Position numbers and translations under genes: made by a program. Of a stretch of DNA of 64,000 bases, positions 9,188 through 21,813 are shown piece after piece; position 1 is the first letter of the stretch; every line of letters begins with the position of its first letter. The notes beneath the pieces were generated by a model. It saw nothing but the letters and a program-made list of their open reading frames with translations, was not told the origin of the DNA and did not search any database. The DNA is from an uncultured Ureaplasma sp. (GTDB lineage: Bacteria > Bacillota_I > Bacilli_A > Mycoplasmatales > Mycoplasmoidaceae), in NCBI GenBank assembly GCA_947039515.1, contig CAMQYY010000001.1:126902-190901 (forward strand), in the 5' to 3' direction.

Positions 9188-9269
9188 TAATATTATCCTT
9201 TCTATAGGTGTATGTTATATTTTATAATAAATACTTGACTTTTTAAATATTATTATTAATAATTATTTT

Positions 9270-11689
9270 TTATATTTCGTCTAAATCATTTGGTTTATTG
9301 AAAATATACTCATCTAAATACACTTCTTTAATGATTTTATTTTTCAAATCAGTACTAGAAATTTTATCTATTTGGCTATTTATACATTCATTATTTTCAT
9401 ATAGAATATTGAAAATGAAATATTCTCTAAAGATAGTTGTATTAATAATTATGTTATTTTTTTTATGAACTTCTATTAGAATATTTTTAGGTTCATTGTA
9501 TCTTTTGGTCAACTTTAAATCTTCTATTTTTATTTTTTTAAAAACATGATTTGTTGCTAATAAAAAATATTTTTCATCATTAAAAATAAAGAATGATTTC
9601 AATTCATCATCATCCTTTAGTTTAAGAGCCTTAATACCTATACTGCTCTTGTTAGTAATAGCAATTTCATCAATTAAATATTTTGAATAGAAACCTTTTT
9701 TTGTAAAGACAGCAATTTCATTTTCCTGGTTTTGAATTGTTGTTGAAACAATTTCGTCATTGCTATTTTTAAAACTAATAATATTGCTAGACTTAACATT
9801 GTTAGAGAAAGTTAAACTAGAAATTTTTAGTCTCTTAATATAACCATTTTTTGTCATAATAATAATTTTTCGATCATCACTTATTAAATTTGAAACATTA
9901 AAACTATTAATGATTTTCTCGTTTTCATTTAAAGAAATAAAACTACTTAAATGAGTACCTGGTTCCTTGTACTTAGAACTTTCTATTTTAGATACTGGAA
10001 TATTTATATATCTACCTTGTGATGTTATTAAAACTATTTGATTTTGACTATTAGATGCAAAAATATTTACTAAAATATCACCTGGTTTTAGTATATGTGA
10101 ACCATAAACAGAAGAATCTATTGATTTTTTTGTTGTTGATTTAATATAACCATCTCTTGTAACCATTAGATAACAATTTTTTTTATCTAAAATATCACTA
10201 TTTTCAATTATAATTTTTTCAATTTCTTTTTCAATAACTGTTTTTCTTTTATGTCCGAATTCTTCATTGAATTGTCTAATAATTGCTTTTAATTCATTTT
10301 CTTGAATATTTTTATCATTAATTAGTAATTCTAATTTATCAATTTTTTCATTTAAATTATTTAATTCTTTTCTCAGATCTAGAATATCAGTTGAAGTTAA
10401 TCTATACAATCTTAAAAGAACAATTGCTTCAGCTTGATTATTAGTAAAAAAGAATTTATTTATTAAATTCTTTTTAGCATCTTCTTTATTAAGGCTAATT
10501 CTAATTAATTCAATAATTTCATCTAGAATGGAAACTGCTTTAATTAAACCTGAAACAATTTCTTTTCTTTTTAAAAATTTATCAAGATCATATTTAGTTG
10601 TTTTAACAATAATATTAATAGCATGATTAATGAATTTTTCAATAGCATAATTCAATGGCATTAAAACAGGATTTTTATTATCTATACAAACAAAATTATG
10701 ATTATAAAATATTTGTAATTGAGTATTTTTATAAAGAAATTTTTTATAAATATCGAATGATTTTGATTTATCAATATCGATAACAATACTAATACCATTT
10801 CTATCCGATTCATCCCTTACTTCAAGTATTCCAGGAATTTTATTATTAATAATAATGTCATCAATTGATTTAATGATATTAGCTTTATTAGTTTCATAAG
10901 GGATTTCTGTAATAATTAATTGATTGTTTTTCTCATTCTTAAGTTCTTTATCAATTATTTTTGCTCTAATGATGAACTTACCTTTGCCAGTTTGATAAGC
11001 ATCATAAATACCGCTCAAACCTTGAACAATACCACCTGTTGGAAAATCTGGACCTTTTACTATTTTCATAATTTTTTCAACAGAAGCATTTTTATTATCA
11101 ATACAAAAAATAATTGCCTCAAAAACTTCTGAAATATTCATAGGTGATATATTAGTAGCAAATCCTGCTGCTATTCCAGTAGCCCCATTTACTAACAGAT
11201 TAGGAAAAAGGGAAGGAAGAAAAACTGGTTCAATTTCTGAATCATCAAAATTATTAATAAAATCAACTGTGTTTTTCTCAATATTATTTAACATCAAGTC
11301 ACATATTTTGCTTAATCTGGTTTCAGTATAACGCATAGCAGCAGCATTATCACCATCAATAGAACCTTTGTTACCATGCATATCTAATAAAGGAATATTA
11401 TTTTTTCACTCTTGACTCATTCGAACCATAGCTTCATAAATTGATGAATCTCCATGCGGATGGTACTTACCAATTACTTCACCAACTGATCTAGCAGATT
11501 TTTTATATTGTTTATCATGAGTTATTTTTAAATCATTCATAGCATATAAAATTCTTCTTTGAACTGGTTTTAAACCATCTCTAATGTCAGGTAATGCTCT
11601 TTCTTGAATAACATATTTTGCATATCTGCTATAACTTTCATTAATAACTTCGTCTAAATTTTTTATAATAATTTTATTATTGTTAATCA

Positions 11690-11690
<1 letters not shown>
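9270..11690 (-). CDS. parC: DNA topoisomerase IV subunit A
   Basis: Track ORFs 11406..11690 and 9270..11381 are in frame, separated by one TGA at the Firmicute-conserved Trp (MSQE-W-K). Motifs: [24 protein letters not shown] (active-site Tyr). I saw no QRRGGKG GyrA-box in the C-terminal domain, and the ATG overlaps the stop of the B-subunit gene, so I call ParC rather than GyrA. Confidence 0.85.
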
Positions 11691-13600
<1,910 letters not shown>

Positions 13601-13640
13601 TTAATTTCTAATATAATTATAAATTAAAAGAATAAATATA

Positions 13641-13678
13641 AAAAAAGATATAAAAATTTTTTATATCTTTTTTTTATT
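13641..13678 (-). terminator. AT-rich hairpin followed by a T-run, downstream of the acidic repeat-protein gene
   Basis: aaaaaagatataaaaa-tt-ttttatatcttttttt, located between the stop at 13688 and the parE start at 13591. Confidence 0.5.
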
Positions 13679-13687
13679 ATTTTATTT

Positions 13688-14962
13688 TTACTTTTTCTTT
13701 AATGAAGCTTTAAATTGTTCATTTTCTAATTTTAATTTTTCATTTTCTAATTTCATGTTTTTCAATAAAAGTTTATTAAGTTCAAATTCTAAAAATTCTT
13801 CTTCCTTTTTTTGAAGTTCTTTTATTTTATTCTTATATTTTTTTATAAGTTTATCTTTATTTTTAAGAGCATCATCAGTTGTTTTAGTACCAGCTTTTTT
13901 ATCATCTTTTTTCTTGTCTGATGAATCATTTTCCTCTTTAGAATCACTATCATCAGTTTCATTAACTTCTTCATTATTTGTATCATTAGCTATAGTTTCA
14001 ACAACATCATTATTATTTTCTTCATTATTTGTATCATCAGCTATAGTTTCAACAACATTATTATTAGTTTCTTCATTATTTGTATCATCAGCTATAGTTT
14101 CAACAACATTATTATTAGTTTCTTCATTATTTGTATCATCAGTTATAATTTCAACAACATCATTATTAGTTTCTTCATTATTTGTATCAATAGCTATAGC
14201 TTCAACAATATTATTATTAGTTTCTTCATTATTTGTATCAATAGCTATAACTTCAATAATATTATTATTAGTTTCTTCATTATTTGTATCAATAGCTATA
14301 ACTTCAATAGCATCATTACTTGTTGAATCAAAACTTGTATTGCTAATTATATAATCATTATTTATTGAATCAGAACTTGTGTTGTTGTTTGAATAATTAT
14401 TGGTTGCATTACTGCTTGAATAACTAAAACTTGTATTGTTTGAATAGGCATCGCTCGGAATACCATAATTTGTAGTGTTGTTTAAATAATCATTAGTTGT
14501 GCTGCTTGAATAACTAAAACTTGTATTATTATCTGTGCTGTTATTTGAATAATCAAAACTTGTATCAGTATTTATGCTTTCAACAACATTATTACTTATT
14601 GGATCAACATTTGTATCTTTTGAAATCGTAACTATATCTTCATCAATGTCATCGCTAATATCACCAATATCATCATCAATATCAATATCAATATCATCAT
14701 CTTCAACTAAATCATCAAAAGATAACGATACATCTAAATCCATAAGATCATCTTCATCATCTAATTCTTTATGATTAATTTTAGGATTTTCAATTTTTTT
14801 TGCAGGTGCTTCAACTTTTGAAATCTCAACTTTTTTTAGAGTTTTTTCAACTTTTGAAGTAGTTTTTTTATTATTTATATTTTTTGGTTTATTTGATTCA
14901 ATTTCTTTAGTTGAAGAATCATTATTTTTTTTATTTTTTTTTGGTTTTTTATTCAATGCCAT
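13688..14962 (-). CDS. Highly acidic repeat protein (424 aa) with a Lys-rich N-terminus, a D/E/N-rich core carrying 17-aa tandem repeats, and a Lys/Glu coiled-coil C-terminus
   Basis: Track ORF 13688..14980. The likely start is ATG 14962 (MALNKKPKKNKK), preceded by GAGG 8 nt upstream. There is no signal peptide or TM segment. The core reads ...DTNNEETNNNIIEVIAI DTNNEETNNNIVEAIAI DTNNEETNNDVVEIITD DTNNEETNNNVVETIAD... The C-terminus reads KIKELQKKEEEFLEFELNKLLLKNMKLENEKLKLENEQFKASLKKK. Confidence 0.75.
   Translation of the reverse strand: MALNKKPKKNKKNNDSSTKEIESNKPKNINNKKTTSKVEKTLKKVEISKVEAPAKKIENPKINHKELDDEDDLMDLDVSLSFDDLVEDDDIDIDIDDDIGDISDDIDEDIVTISKDTNVDPISNNVVESINTDTSFDYSNNSTDNNTSFSYSSSTTNDYLNNTTNYGIPSDAYSNNTSFSYSSSNATNNYSNNNTSSDSINNDYIISNTSFDSTSNDAIEVIAIDTNNEETNNNIIEVIAIDTNNEETNNNIVEAIAIDTNNEETNNDVVEIITDDTNNEETNNNVVETIADDTNNEETNNNVVETIADDTNNEENNNDVVETIANDTNNEEVNETDDSDSKEENDSSDKKKDDKKAGTKTTDDALKNKDKLIKKYKNKIKELQKKEEEFLEFELNKLLLKNMKLENEKLKLENEQFKASLKKK
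13967..14318. repeat. About 6.9 copies of a 51-bp in-frame tandem repeat (17 aa each)
   Basis: The plus-strand unit is ttcttcattatttgtatcatcagctatagtttcaacaacattattattagt. It is repeated head-to-tail with a few substitutions per copy. Two central copies appear identical. Confidence 0.85.
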
Positions 14963-16043
14963 TAGGAAAACCTCATTCAATCATTTTCTATAAATTTAAT
15001 ATAATTATATTTTATATTTTAAAATATAATTAAAAATAGTTTAAAATAATATGTATATTAATTAGAATAATAATAATAATTTTAAGACTATAATCTCTAA
15101 ATAAACAATAAAAAATTATAATAAATCGCTTAAATTATTAATTATCATAATTTAAGTAATTGCCATTAATGTAATGTATTTAATTTATGAATCTGATAAA
15201 TATAAGTTCTTGATGGGCAACAGAGAACTATTTCTTTTTGTGAATATATTAATGTAGATTTTCCATTAGCTCATATATTTTTCATAATTTAACAAAAAAG
15301 AAAAATATTGAATTATGAACTAAATATTTATATTTGTGAAGATACACATAAAGAAAAAATAACAGATTAATAATTACTTAATGCAGTTTATACTGATGCT
15401 AAAAAACATTTTAGCAATAATAATTGTATTACATATAATATATCTAATCAATATATTAAAAGCGAACTTAAAAGATAAATATAATTATAAACCCATTAAA
15501 ATGAAATAATTAATGGTGAATCTATTGAAAAATATATGTCATAATATCAAAATCATTCTAATTCTAATGAACTATGATTATAGTTTAAAAAAGTAATTAA
15601 TTGAGTAGGTATTTTTTTATAACTATCGCAAATAACTGTATGAATTAAATTGAATTCTTTATTATAATAAAAATAATAATTTTGATCAAAAATTCCTTGA
15701 AGAAGAAATTAAAATTTTTGTTAAAATTGAAGAAGTTTAAAATAAAAAAGAATTACTAATATGTTTTTTCTAATCATAAATTAGAAAATTTTAAGATAAA
15801 AAAGAGTCATTTGTGTTAAATATCTTCATAATTTTTTTTGATAAAATGCAAGTTGACCATATAATAACATTGTCAAAAATGTAATGGTTCTAAAGTTGAT
15901 AATTAATTCATCTCTTTGAGAAAATTTATTTTATATAATTAGAAAAAAATAAATAATGTTTTTAGTCCTATTTCAGAAATCTAAATAAATAAAAATAAAA
16001 GATAAAAAAGTATAATTGATATAAAAAATAAAATTAGGTATTT

Positions 16044-16631
16044 ATGCAAAAAATTCAAAGTATTAAAATAAATTTAGAATCTGAATATACTCCTACTATG
16101 GAATGAGTAAAATTCGATGATGATCCTTGTTTAAAAAGAATTTCGGAACCTGTTACTCAATTAGAAGAATCAGATATTGAAACTATTAAAAAGATGATTA
16201 AGTATGTTGATGCTTGTTATAATAATGAAAGTGATAAATATAAAATAAAGAATGGAATTGCTATAGCAGCTCCTCAACTTGGTTTAAATAAAAGGATTAT
16301 TTATGTTCATTTTAAAGATAGAAATATTGAATATAAATATTTACTTATAAACCCAAAAATAATTGCTAAAGGTAATTATAGTTCCTTTATTGAAAATGGC
16401 GAAGGTTGTCTAAGTGTTAAAAAAGATATTAAAGCAAATATTGAAAGAAGTTATAAAATAATTGTTGAAGGATATGACTTATTTAAGCATAAAACTATTG
16501 AAATAGCTGCTAATGAATTATTATCAATTTGCTTTCAACATGAAATTGATCATTTAGATGGAATTTTATATACTGATAGAATTAATAAGAAAAAACCAAT
16601 GTATATTAATTCATCATGATTTAAAATATAG
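16044..16631 (+). CDS. def: Peptide deformylase, 195 aa
   Basis: Extends track ORF 16194..16619 upstream to ATG 16044 (in frame, one TGA) and downstream through TGA to TAG 16629-16631. All three PDF motifs are present: GIAIAAPQLG, EGCLSV, QHEIDHLDG. Confidence 0.9.
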
Positions 16632-16642
16632 TTGATAAAATA

Positions 16643-16687
16643 AAAAACAATCTCTTTATTATATGTATAATAAAGAGATTGTTTTTT
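16643..16687. terminator. Bidirectional hairpin terminator between def and the convergent DUF885 gene
   Basis: aaaaaacaatctctttatta-tatg-tataataaagagattgtttttt, a ~16-bp stem with A/T runs on both sides. Confidence 0.75.
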
Positions 16688-16806
16688 ATTAGGATTATTA
16701 AAAATTTATTTCTAAAATATTTTTGAATAGCATTTTATATAATCCAAAATATTATAATTATTTATCATTTATATTTTTTCAATATTGATAAAAAATTATT
16801 GAATGG

Positions 16807-19785
16807 TTATTTAGATACTTTTTCTTCATTACCAATTGCTTTTTCAATATCTCTAATTGGTTTTATTTTTTTAATATATAAAAAAGTAGATAAAGCAATA
16901 ATCACTGAAATAAAAGCTATACTTCCCAAAACAATTCCCACAATACCACCAACTTCAAGACTAGAAGATGACGGTGCAACTGGAGGTGGAAATGTTTGAT
17001 TAACATAACCATTTACATAATTATTAAGAGGTTCAAGAGCAACTGCTCCGTTTCTTAAAATTAAATCAAATAAACCTTGAGTATTATCTTTTGAAGCAGG
17101 TAAATTACTAGGATCTATAAATAACTTATCAGGATTTGCTTTTTGATAATTATAAGAAGCATCAATGAATGCATCTTCAATAATTTCTTGACCAGTTGTA
17201 TAAGCTGTAGCTTGTCCAACATAACCTAAATATCGATATGATTCTCTACTAATATCACCAAATCCAAGAGCTGAATTTTTTGACATATATTCTCTTTGTC
17301 CATTAATAGAAAGACCTGTTCCAGTTGTTCCATTACCATTACCAGTTTGAGAAGCTGAATCAAGATATAATCTCATTGCTCTAAGTTGTCTTTCATTTAA
17401 AAAACCAAAGTATTGCAATGCTTCATATAAAGTTTGTGATTGTTCTCCGTTTGAATCACTATAAACTCCATTATCAAACTGATAACTTGCATTATTTTGT
17501 TGAGCTAATTTAATCGAAGTTCCATTAGTTCCAAATTTTGGTAAAGTTAATCTTTCAAGTTCACTATTAGGGTTTGTACTTGGTAGAGTTATTGGGCTTA
17601 TATCACCATAAATGTTAATTCTAGTAGCTAAGAATTCTGTAAATAATCCCCAACCTTCACTATAAGCTGAGTTTCTAATACTAGGTGCATCTTCAGTTGC
17701 TGGATATGTTTCAGCATAAGCGAATTGGAAATCATGTCCTGGAACTGCTTCATGTGTTGAAAGCGTTGAAACACTTCATTTTTGTAAACCAAAGTAAGGA
17801 TCAATATCTAAATAAAAAGTTGGTTGAAAATAAGTAGAACCTGTAGGGCTAGCTAAATTTTCAACACTAGCATATGCAGCACCACCTGTTCCTGATTTTA
17901 AATTATAGTCATAACGAACATTTTTGAATAAATCTTGAAAACTTGGTTGAGTGCTCTTTTTATATTTTAAATAACTATTAATTGAATGAGTAGCTCCAAT
18001 ATAAGCGTCATTACCAACTACACCGCCTACAACAATTGGATTTGATCCATTATTAGCATCTGTTACTCATTTATTATATAAATTACCAGCATCTCCAAGA
18101 TTATTAGGGTTATTTACATTTGGTCCACCTAATACATTGCCAACATTAATATCAACATTTGTTAAAGGAAGTTTTTGACTAGTAGGTTGAGGATTTCAAG
18201 GTTCTAATACTCCTAAAGTTTCCACATTTATAATATTTTTATATTGATTAGTACTTGTTGGTACTTCTGAAGCATTAAGAACAGCTGATTGAGCGTTTTC
18301 ACCAACTCTTCTATCTCTACCATAAAATCATTCTTCATTATTTAATCATAAGAAGAAGTTTTCTAAATTAATAGCACCATTAGCATCTCTAATTGCAAGT
18401 ACTTTATCTGCTGCTGGTATTGGACCAAAACCATCTGTATCATATCTAACTGTAGGAGCTCATTCTGTTGTTTCATTTCCTGTTTTTATTTTTGAAACAA
18501 TTTTTGCAATTTCAGTCATTCTTTGACTAATAACTTTTACTTTATTTTGACCATTATTAACTAAATCAGCAGAAACTAAATTATTATCAGAAGTTCTAGT
18601 TCCAAGCATATACTCATAAATTTCGATACCCATTTTTCCATTTCTAGAAAAACCAATACCTACATCTTTAACATCTAAATCTGCAGGAACAAATCCCATT
18701 CCTGTTATCCCTGAAAAAGAATTTTCAAGATTAGCTGTTGTTGAACCTTTTAAAACATATGCATCTTGATTAATAGTACTTTTACCATAATAAGTTTTAG
18801 GACTTGTCTCTTCTATAGTTGCATTAAATCAATAGTCACCAATAAGAAAGCTAAGAAATTTATCAAAAATGATTTGAGCATCATTTATTTTATTTTTCAA
18901 TGCTTCTTTATTAGCAGTTGGTAAACTTGTAGCTGAATCAATAATATTAGTAATTCCAGAATCTTGTAAAAAACCAATTCCATTAAAAGAGGCAATTCTT
19001 ACTCCAGTATTTTTGTCAATAAAATTACTATCAAATACTAGTTCACTATTTGCCTTTAAAGCTTCTATTTCCTTAGTAAAAATTCCATAATTAGTTCTAA
19101 AACCACCTAATAAGCTTTGTAAAAACATTTTTAAATAAATTTGACTAAAATTGACACCATTATTTAAACCTTCTTTTAAATTTGCAATTAAATTTTCTAT
19201 ATGTTTAATATATTCATCTATATTTGCAATTCTTGAATTTGAATTAGTTACCGCATTAGCTTCAGTATCATTAGGAATAGGTTTTCTTAAATCTTGATTT
19301 AATAATGCTATATTTCTACTTTCTTGATTACTATAAGCATCAAGAACACCAGAACCATTATCACCTAAATAATATGATTTAGCCTCTAAACCTTTTATAA
19401 CAGTAGTTCATCTAGCAACAATGCTTTCACCAATCATTTTGCCATCAACAGTTTGAAAAGTATTCATTGATTTTTCTAAATTTAATATATATTTTTTATA
19501 AATAGGAATAATAGTTGTAGCAACACTATCATTTCAAAGTCCATAACGGTTAGTATTAATTTTATTAATTTCAGCTATTAATTCATTATTAATTTTGCTA
19601 ACTTCACTAACTTCATTTTTACTTTTTTTAGCGTTTCTACTATAGTCTAAATTATTATAATTAATTGATGAATTATTGTTAATATCTCCAGCTATTGTTA
19701 CTGGAATAATGATGCTACCAGCTGTAGCTAAAGTAGCTGTTATTATTGTTGAACTTAATAACATATTATTAAAATTTTTTTTCAT
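16807..19785 (-). CDS. DUF885-family protein (putative zinc metallopeptidase fold) displayed on the surface, 992 aa, with an N-terminal signal/anchor and a C-terminal TM anchor
   Basis: Track ORFs 19534..19785, 18829..19128, 18460..18699 and 16807..17418 share one frame. I scanned all gaps codon by codon and found many TGA but no TAA or TAG. The DUF885 signature HEAVPGHDFQFAYAE reads from about 17700-17760. The N-terminus is MKKNFNNMLLSSTIITATLATAGSIIIPVTIAG. The C-terminus is ...VGGIVGIVLGSIAFISVIIALSTFLYIKKIKP... Confidence 0.75.
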
Positions 19786-19794
19786 AAAAGTCCT

Positions 19795-19836
19795 AGTTTT
19801 TTTTAAAATTTACCATTATAAATTTTAAAAAAAACT
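19795..19836. repeat. Perfect 17-bp inverted repeat (8-nt loop) in the 5' leader of the DUF885 gene
   Basis: agttttttttaaaattt-accattat-aaattttaaaaaaaact. It ends 10 nt upstream of the ATG at 19783-19785 and abuts the AGGA ribosome-binding site on the minus-strand mRNA. Confidence 0.8.
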
Positions 19837-19913
19837 TCTAATAGCTTACTAATATTATATCTAAATAAAATAATCAAAAAATAATTTATAAGGGTATAAA
19901 ATTACCTTTTTAT

Positions 19914-20327
19914 ATGAAAAATTGAAGAGTGTAAAATAAATTTATAATTTTAGTATATTTGTAATAATGAGCTATATTAAAAGATGATTTTAAGGTCTTT
20001 TAGTGAGTTAAAAAAATATGCATTATGTCTATATTGAGTTCTACTATAACAAGTAAAATAAGAGATATAAAATAGAAAATAGAAAATTTTGTAATAATTA
20101 CTCAATTTAGCCTAAATAAAAGAATAATTATGTTCATTTAAAAGATAAAAATATCAAAATAATATTTAGTTATAAAACTAGAAAATAATTTTTAATAAAG
20201 AATTATTGAGATCATTTAAATCTTAAGATAACGTTTAATTATTAGTCTACTTCTATCTTAAAATTTTATACAATCATAGAATTAAATCTATATTATTTCA
20301 TCATAATTTAAAAACTAGTTGATCTCG
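19914..20327 (+). pseudogene. Decayed paralog of peptide deformylase (psi-def)
   Basis: Three collinear blocks align by eye to def at 16044-16631.
- Block 1: 19914 atgaaaaattgaagagtgtaaaataaatttataat matches 16044 atgcaaaaaattcaaagtattaaaataaatttagaat.
- Block 2: 20101 ctcaatttagcctaaataaaagaataattatgttcatttaaaagataaaaatat matches 16273 ctcaacttggtttaaataaaaggattatttatgttcattttaaagatagaaatat.
- Block 3: 20291 tattatttcatcataatttaaaaactagttgat matches 16604 tattaattcatcatgatttaaaatatagttgat.
The copy has multiple stops (the first after 6 codons) and deletions of roughly 75 nt and 140 nt. The EGCLS region is missing. Confidence 0.7.
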
Positions 20328-21786
20328 TTAAAATAACTTCTTTCTTTTTAAAATATATTCAAGGAATAACAATAAAAGAAAAATTAAAAATTAATAGAAG
20401 TACTTTAAAAATATTGCCAACCATTATTCGATTTTTATATTCATCGATTCAATAATCATTTGAAATCATAAAAATGGTATTATACAAAGTTTCAAAAACA
20501 ATAAATAATAGAGGGATTATCATCATTATAATAGTTGTAATATCAAATATTTTTTCTTTCTTATTACACTTCTTTAAGTTGGCACCTATTGGTAATAATA
20601 AAATTGAAAAAATAAACACTGATGATCAGTTTATTAAAAGATCATTAAAACTTAGTAAGTTATTAGTATATTCACTTTGATAACCATATGATGAAAAATT
20701 AAAAAATCAAAAAGTACCTATTAATGACAAAGGTATAAAATACATCAATGTTACTAAATAAGATAATAAACTACCATTATAAGGATTGATTGAGCTTGAA
20801 TTATTAATCTTAAAATATTTTTGAATTCAATTTGGTCTTGTTTTATCAAAATATTCAATTTCATATAATCTAGAAGCCATAATTGCATTTAGATTAAAAT
20901 TACCAAGAGCAGATCCTATTATTAATCAATTAGCTACTTTAACAATATTGATGTTCTCGCTACTATTCAAATTTCCATTAAATGCAGCAATTAAGAAAAT
21001 TGACATAATAATATTAATCAAAACAAGAGCAATCATTCCAAATAAAATCACATATTTAATTTTATGTGGTTCTTTCATATCAGAATGCATATTAGCTACT
21101 TTATAAAAACCATCATAGACAAAATAGATTGATGGAATGGATGATAATAACCCAATATAAGGACTATTTGCTAATAAAGGATTAGAAACTACAATATTAT
21201 CACTTGGTGTCTCATTTGGTAATATTTGAAAAATATTACCACCTTCTGTTGATAGAACATAAATTCCATAAATAACTACAAAAAGAATTGGAAGGATTTG
21301 AGTAAAAATAAAAATCTTATTTGTAAATTTTGTTGTTTTTATTCAAGTTCCTCCGGTTAGTTGAATAACTGTAATAGCAGCAATCATAATTAGGAAAATT
21401 TCATATCATTCAACATCACTTCAGCCAATCGCATTAATAAATGCAATTACAGCATAAAAAATTACTCCAAATTTAATAAGAGGCATGTAATATAGATTAA
21501 TAAAATTTTTAATTGCTTTTGCTAAAGTTTTTTGATTATGTTGTTCTATCCAAGAAACGATTCCTAAATCAGATATTTTAGTGTTTCTAATAGTTCTTGA
21601 TAAGGATATTCCGAATAATAAAATTCCAATTGATGAAAAAATTCAAGAAAAAATTAATAATAATAGTGAATTCCAATTCATAGCTAGTATTTCAGAATTT
21701 TTAAAAAAAATACCTGTTCCAATACTACCCATAATTAAAATGATAGTAGCTAATAATAAAGACATTTTACTATTTTTTTTGAACAT
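20308..21786 (-). CDS. APC-family amino acid permease-like membrane protein, 492 aa
   Basis: No fragment of this gene appears in the track because TGA codons are too dense. The track shows only antisense shadow ORFs here. I scanned every codon from ATG 21784-21786 to TAA 20308-20310 and found no TAA or TAG. The sequence MFKKNSKMSLLLATIILIMGSIGTGIFFKNSE... carries the APC GxxGxGIF motif. It is hydrophobic throughout, with roughly 12 TM segments by eye. Confidence 0.7.
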
Positions 21787-21813
21787 AATAGTTATCCCTA
21801 TATATTTGTATTA

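Noticed and set aside
10920-11132. Track ORF 10920..11132 (+, 70 aa).
   Set aside because: It is antisense inside parC, which has unambiguous topoisomerase motifs on the other strand.
13967-14318. Whether the regular 51-bp repeats could be a CRISPR-like array.
   Set aside because: The units are contiguous, with no spacers. They are in frame inside a long ORF and encode a coherent 17-aa peptide repeat. No cas genes are present in the window.
13914-14774. Track ORFs 13914..14354 (+, 146 aa) and 14574..14774 (+, 66 aa), both Ser/Leu/Val-rich.
   Set aside because: They lie antisense to the acidic repeat gene. Their low-complexity sequence is the mirror image of the GAA/GAT/AAT-rich sense strand, with no start context or homology. 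They are shadow ORFs.
15840-15900. Whether the VDHII / CQKCN strings are a Cas9 HNH remnant or an intact homing endonuclease gene.
   Set aside because: There is no open frame longer than about 15 codons. The two motifs overlap the same nucleotides in different frames. There are no CRISPR repeats and no cas1 or cas2 nearby. I keep it only as a weak relic hypothesis in the findings.
16799-16999. Track ORF 16799..16999 (+, 66 aa).
   Set aside because: It is antisense to the C-terminal anchor of the DUF885 gene and begins inside the terminator region.
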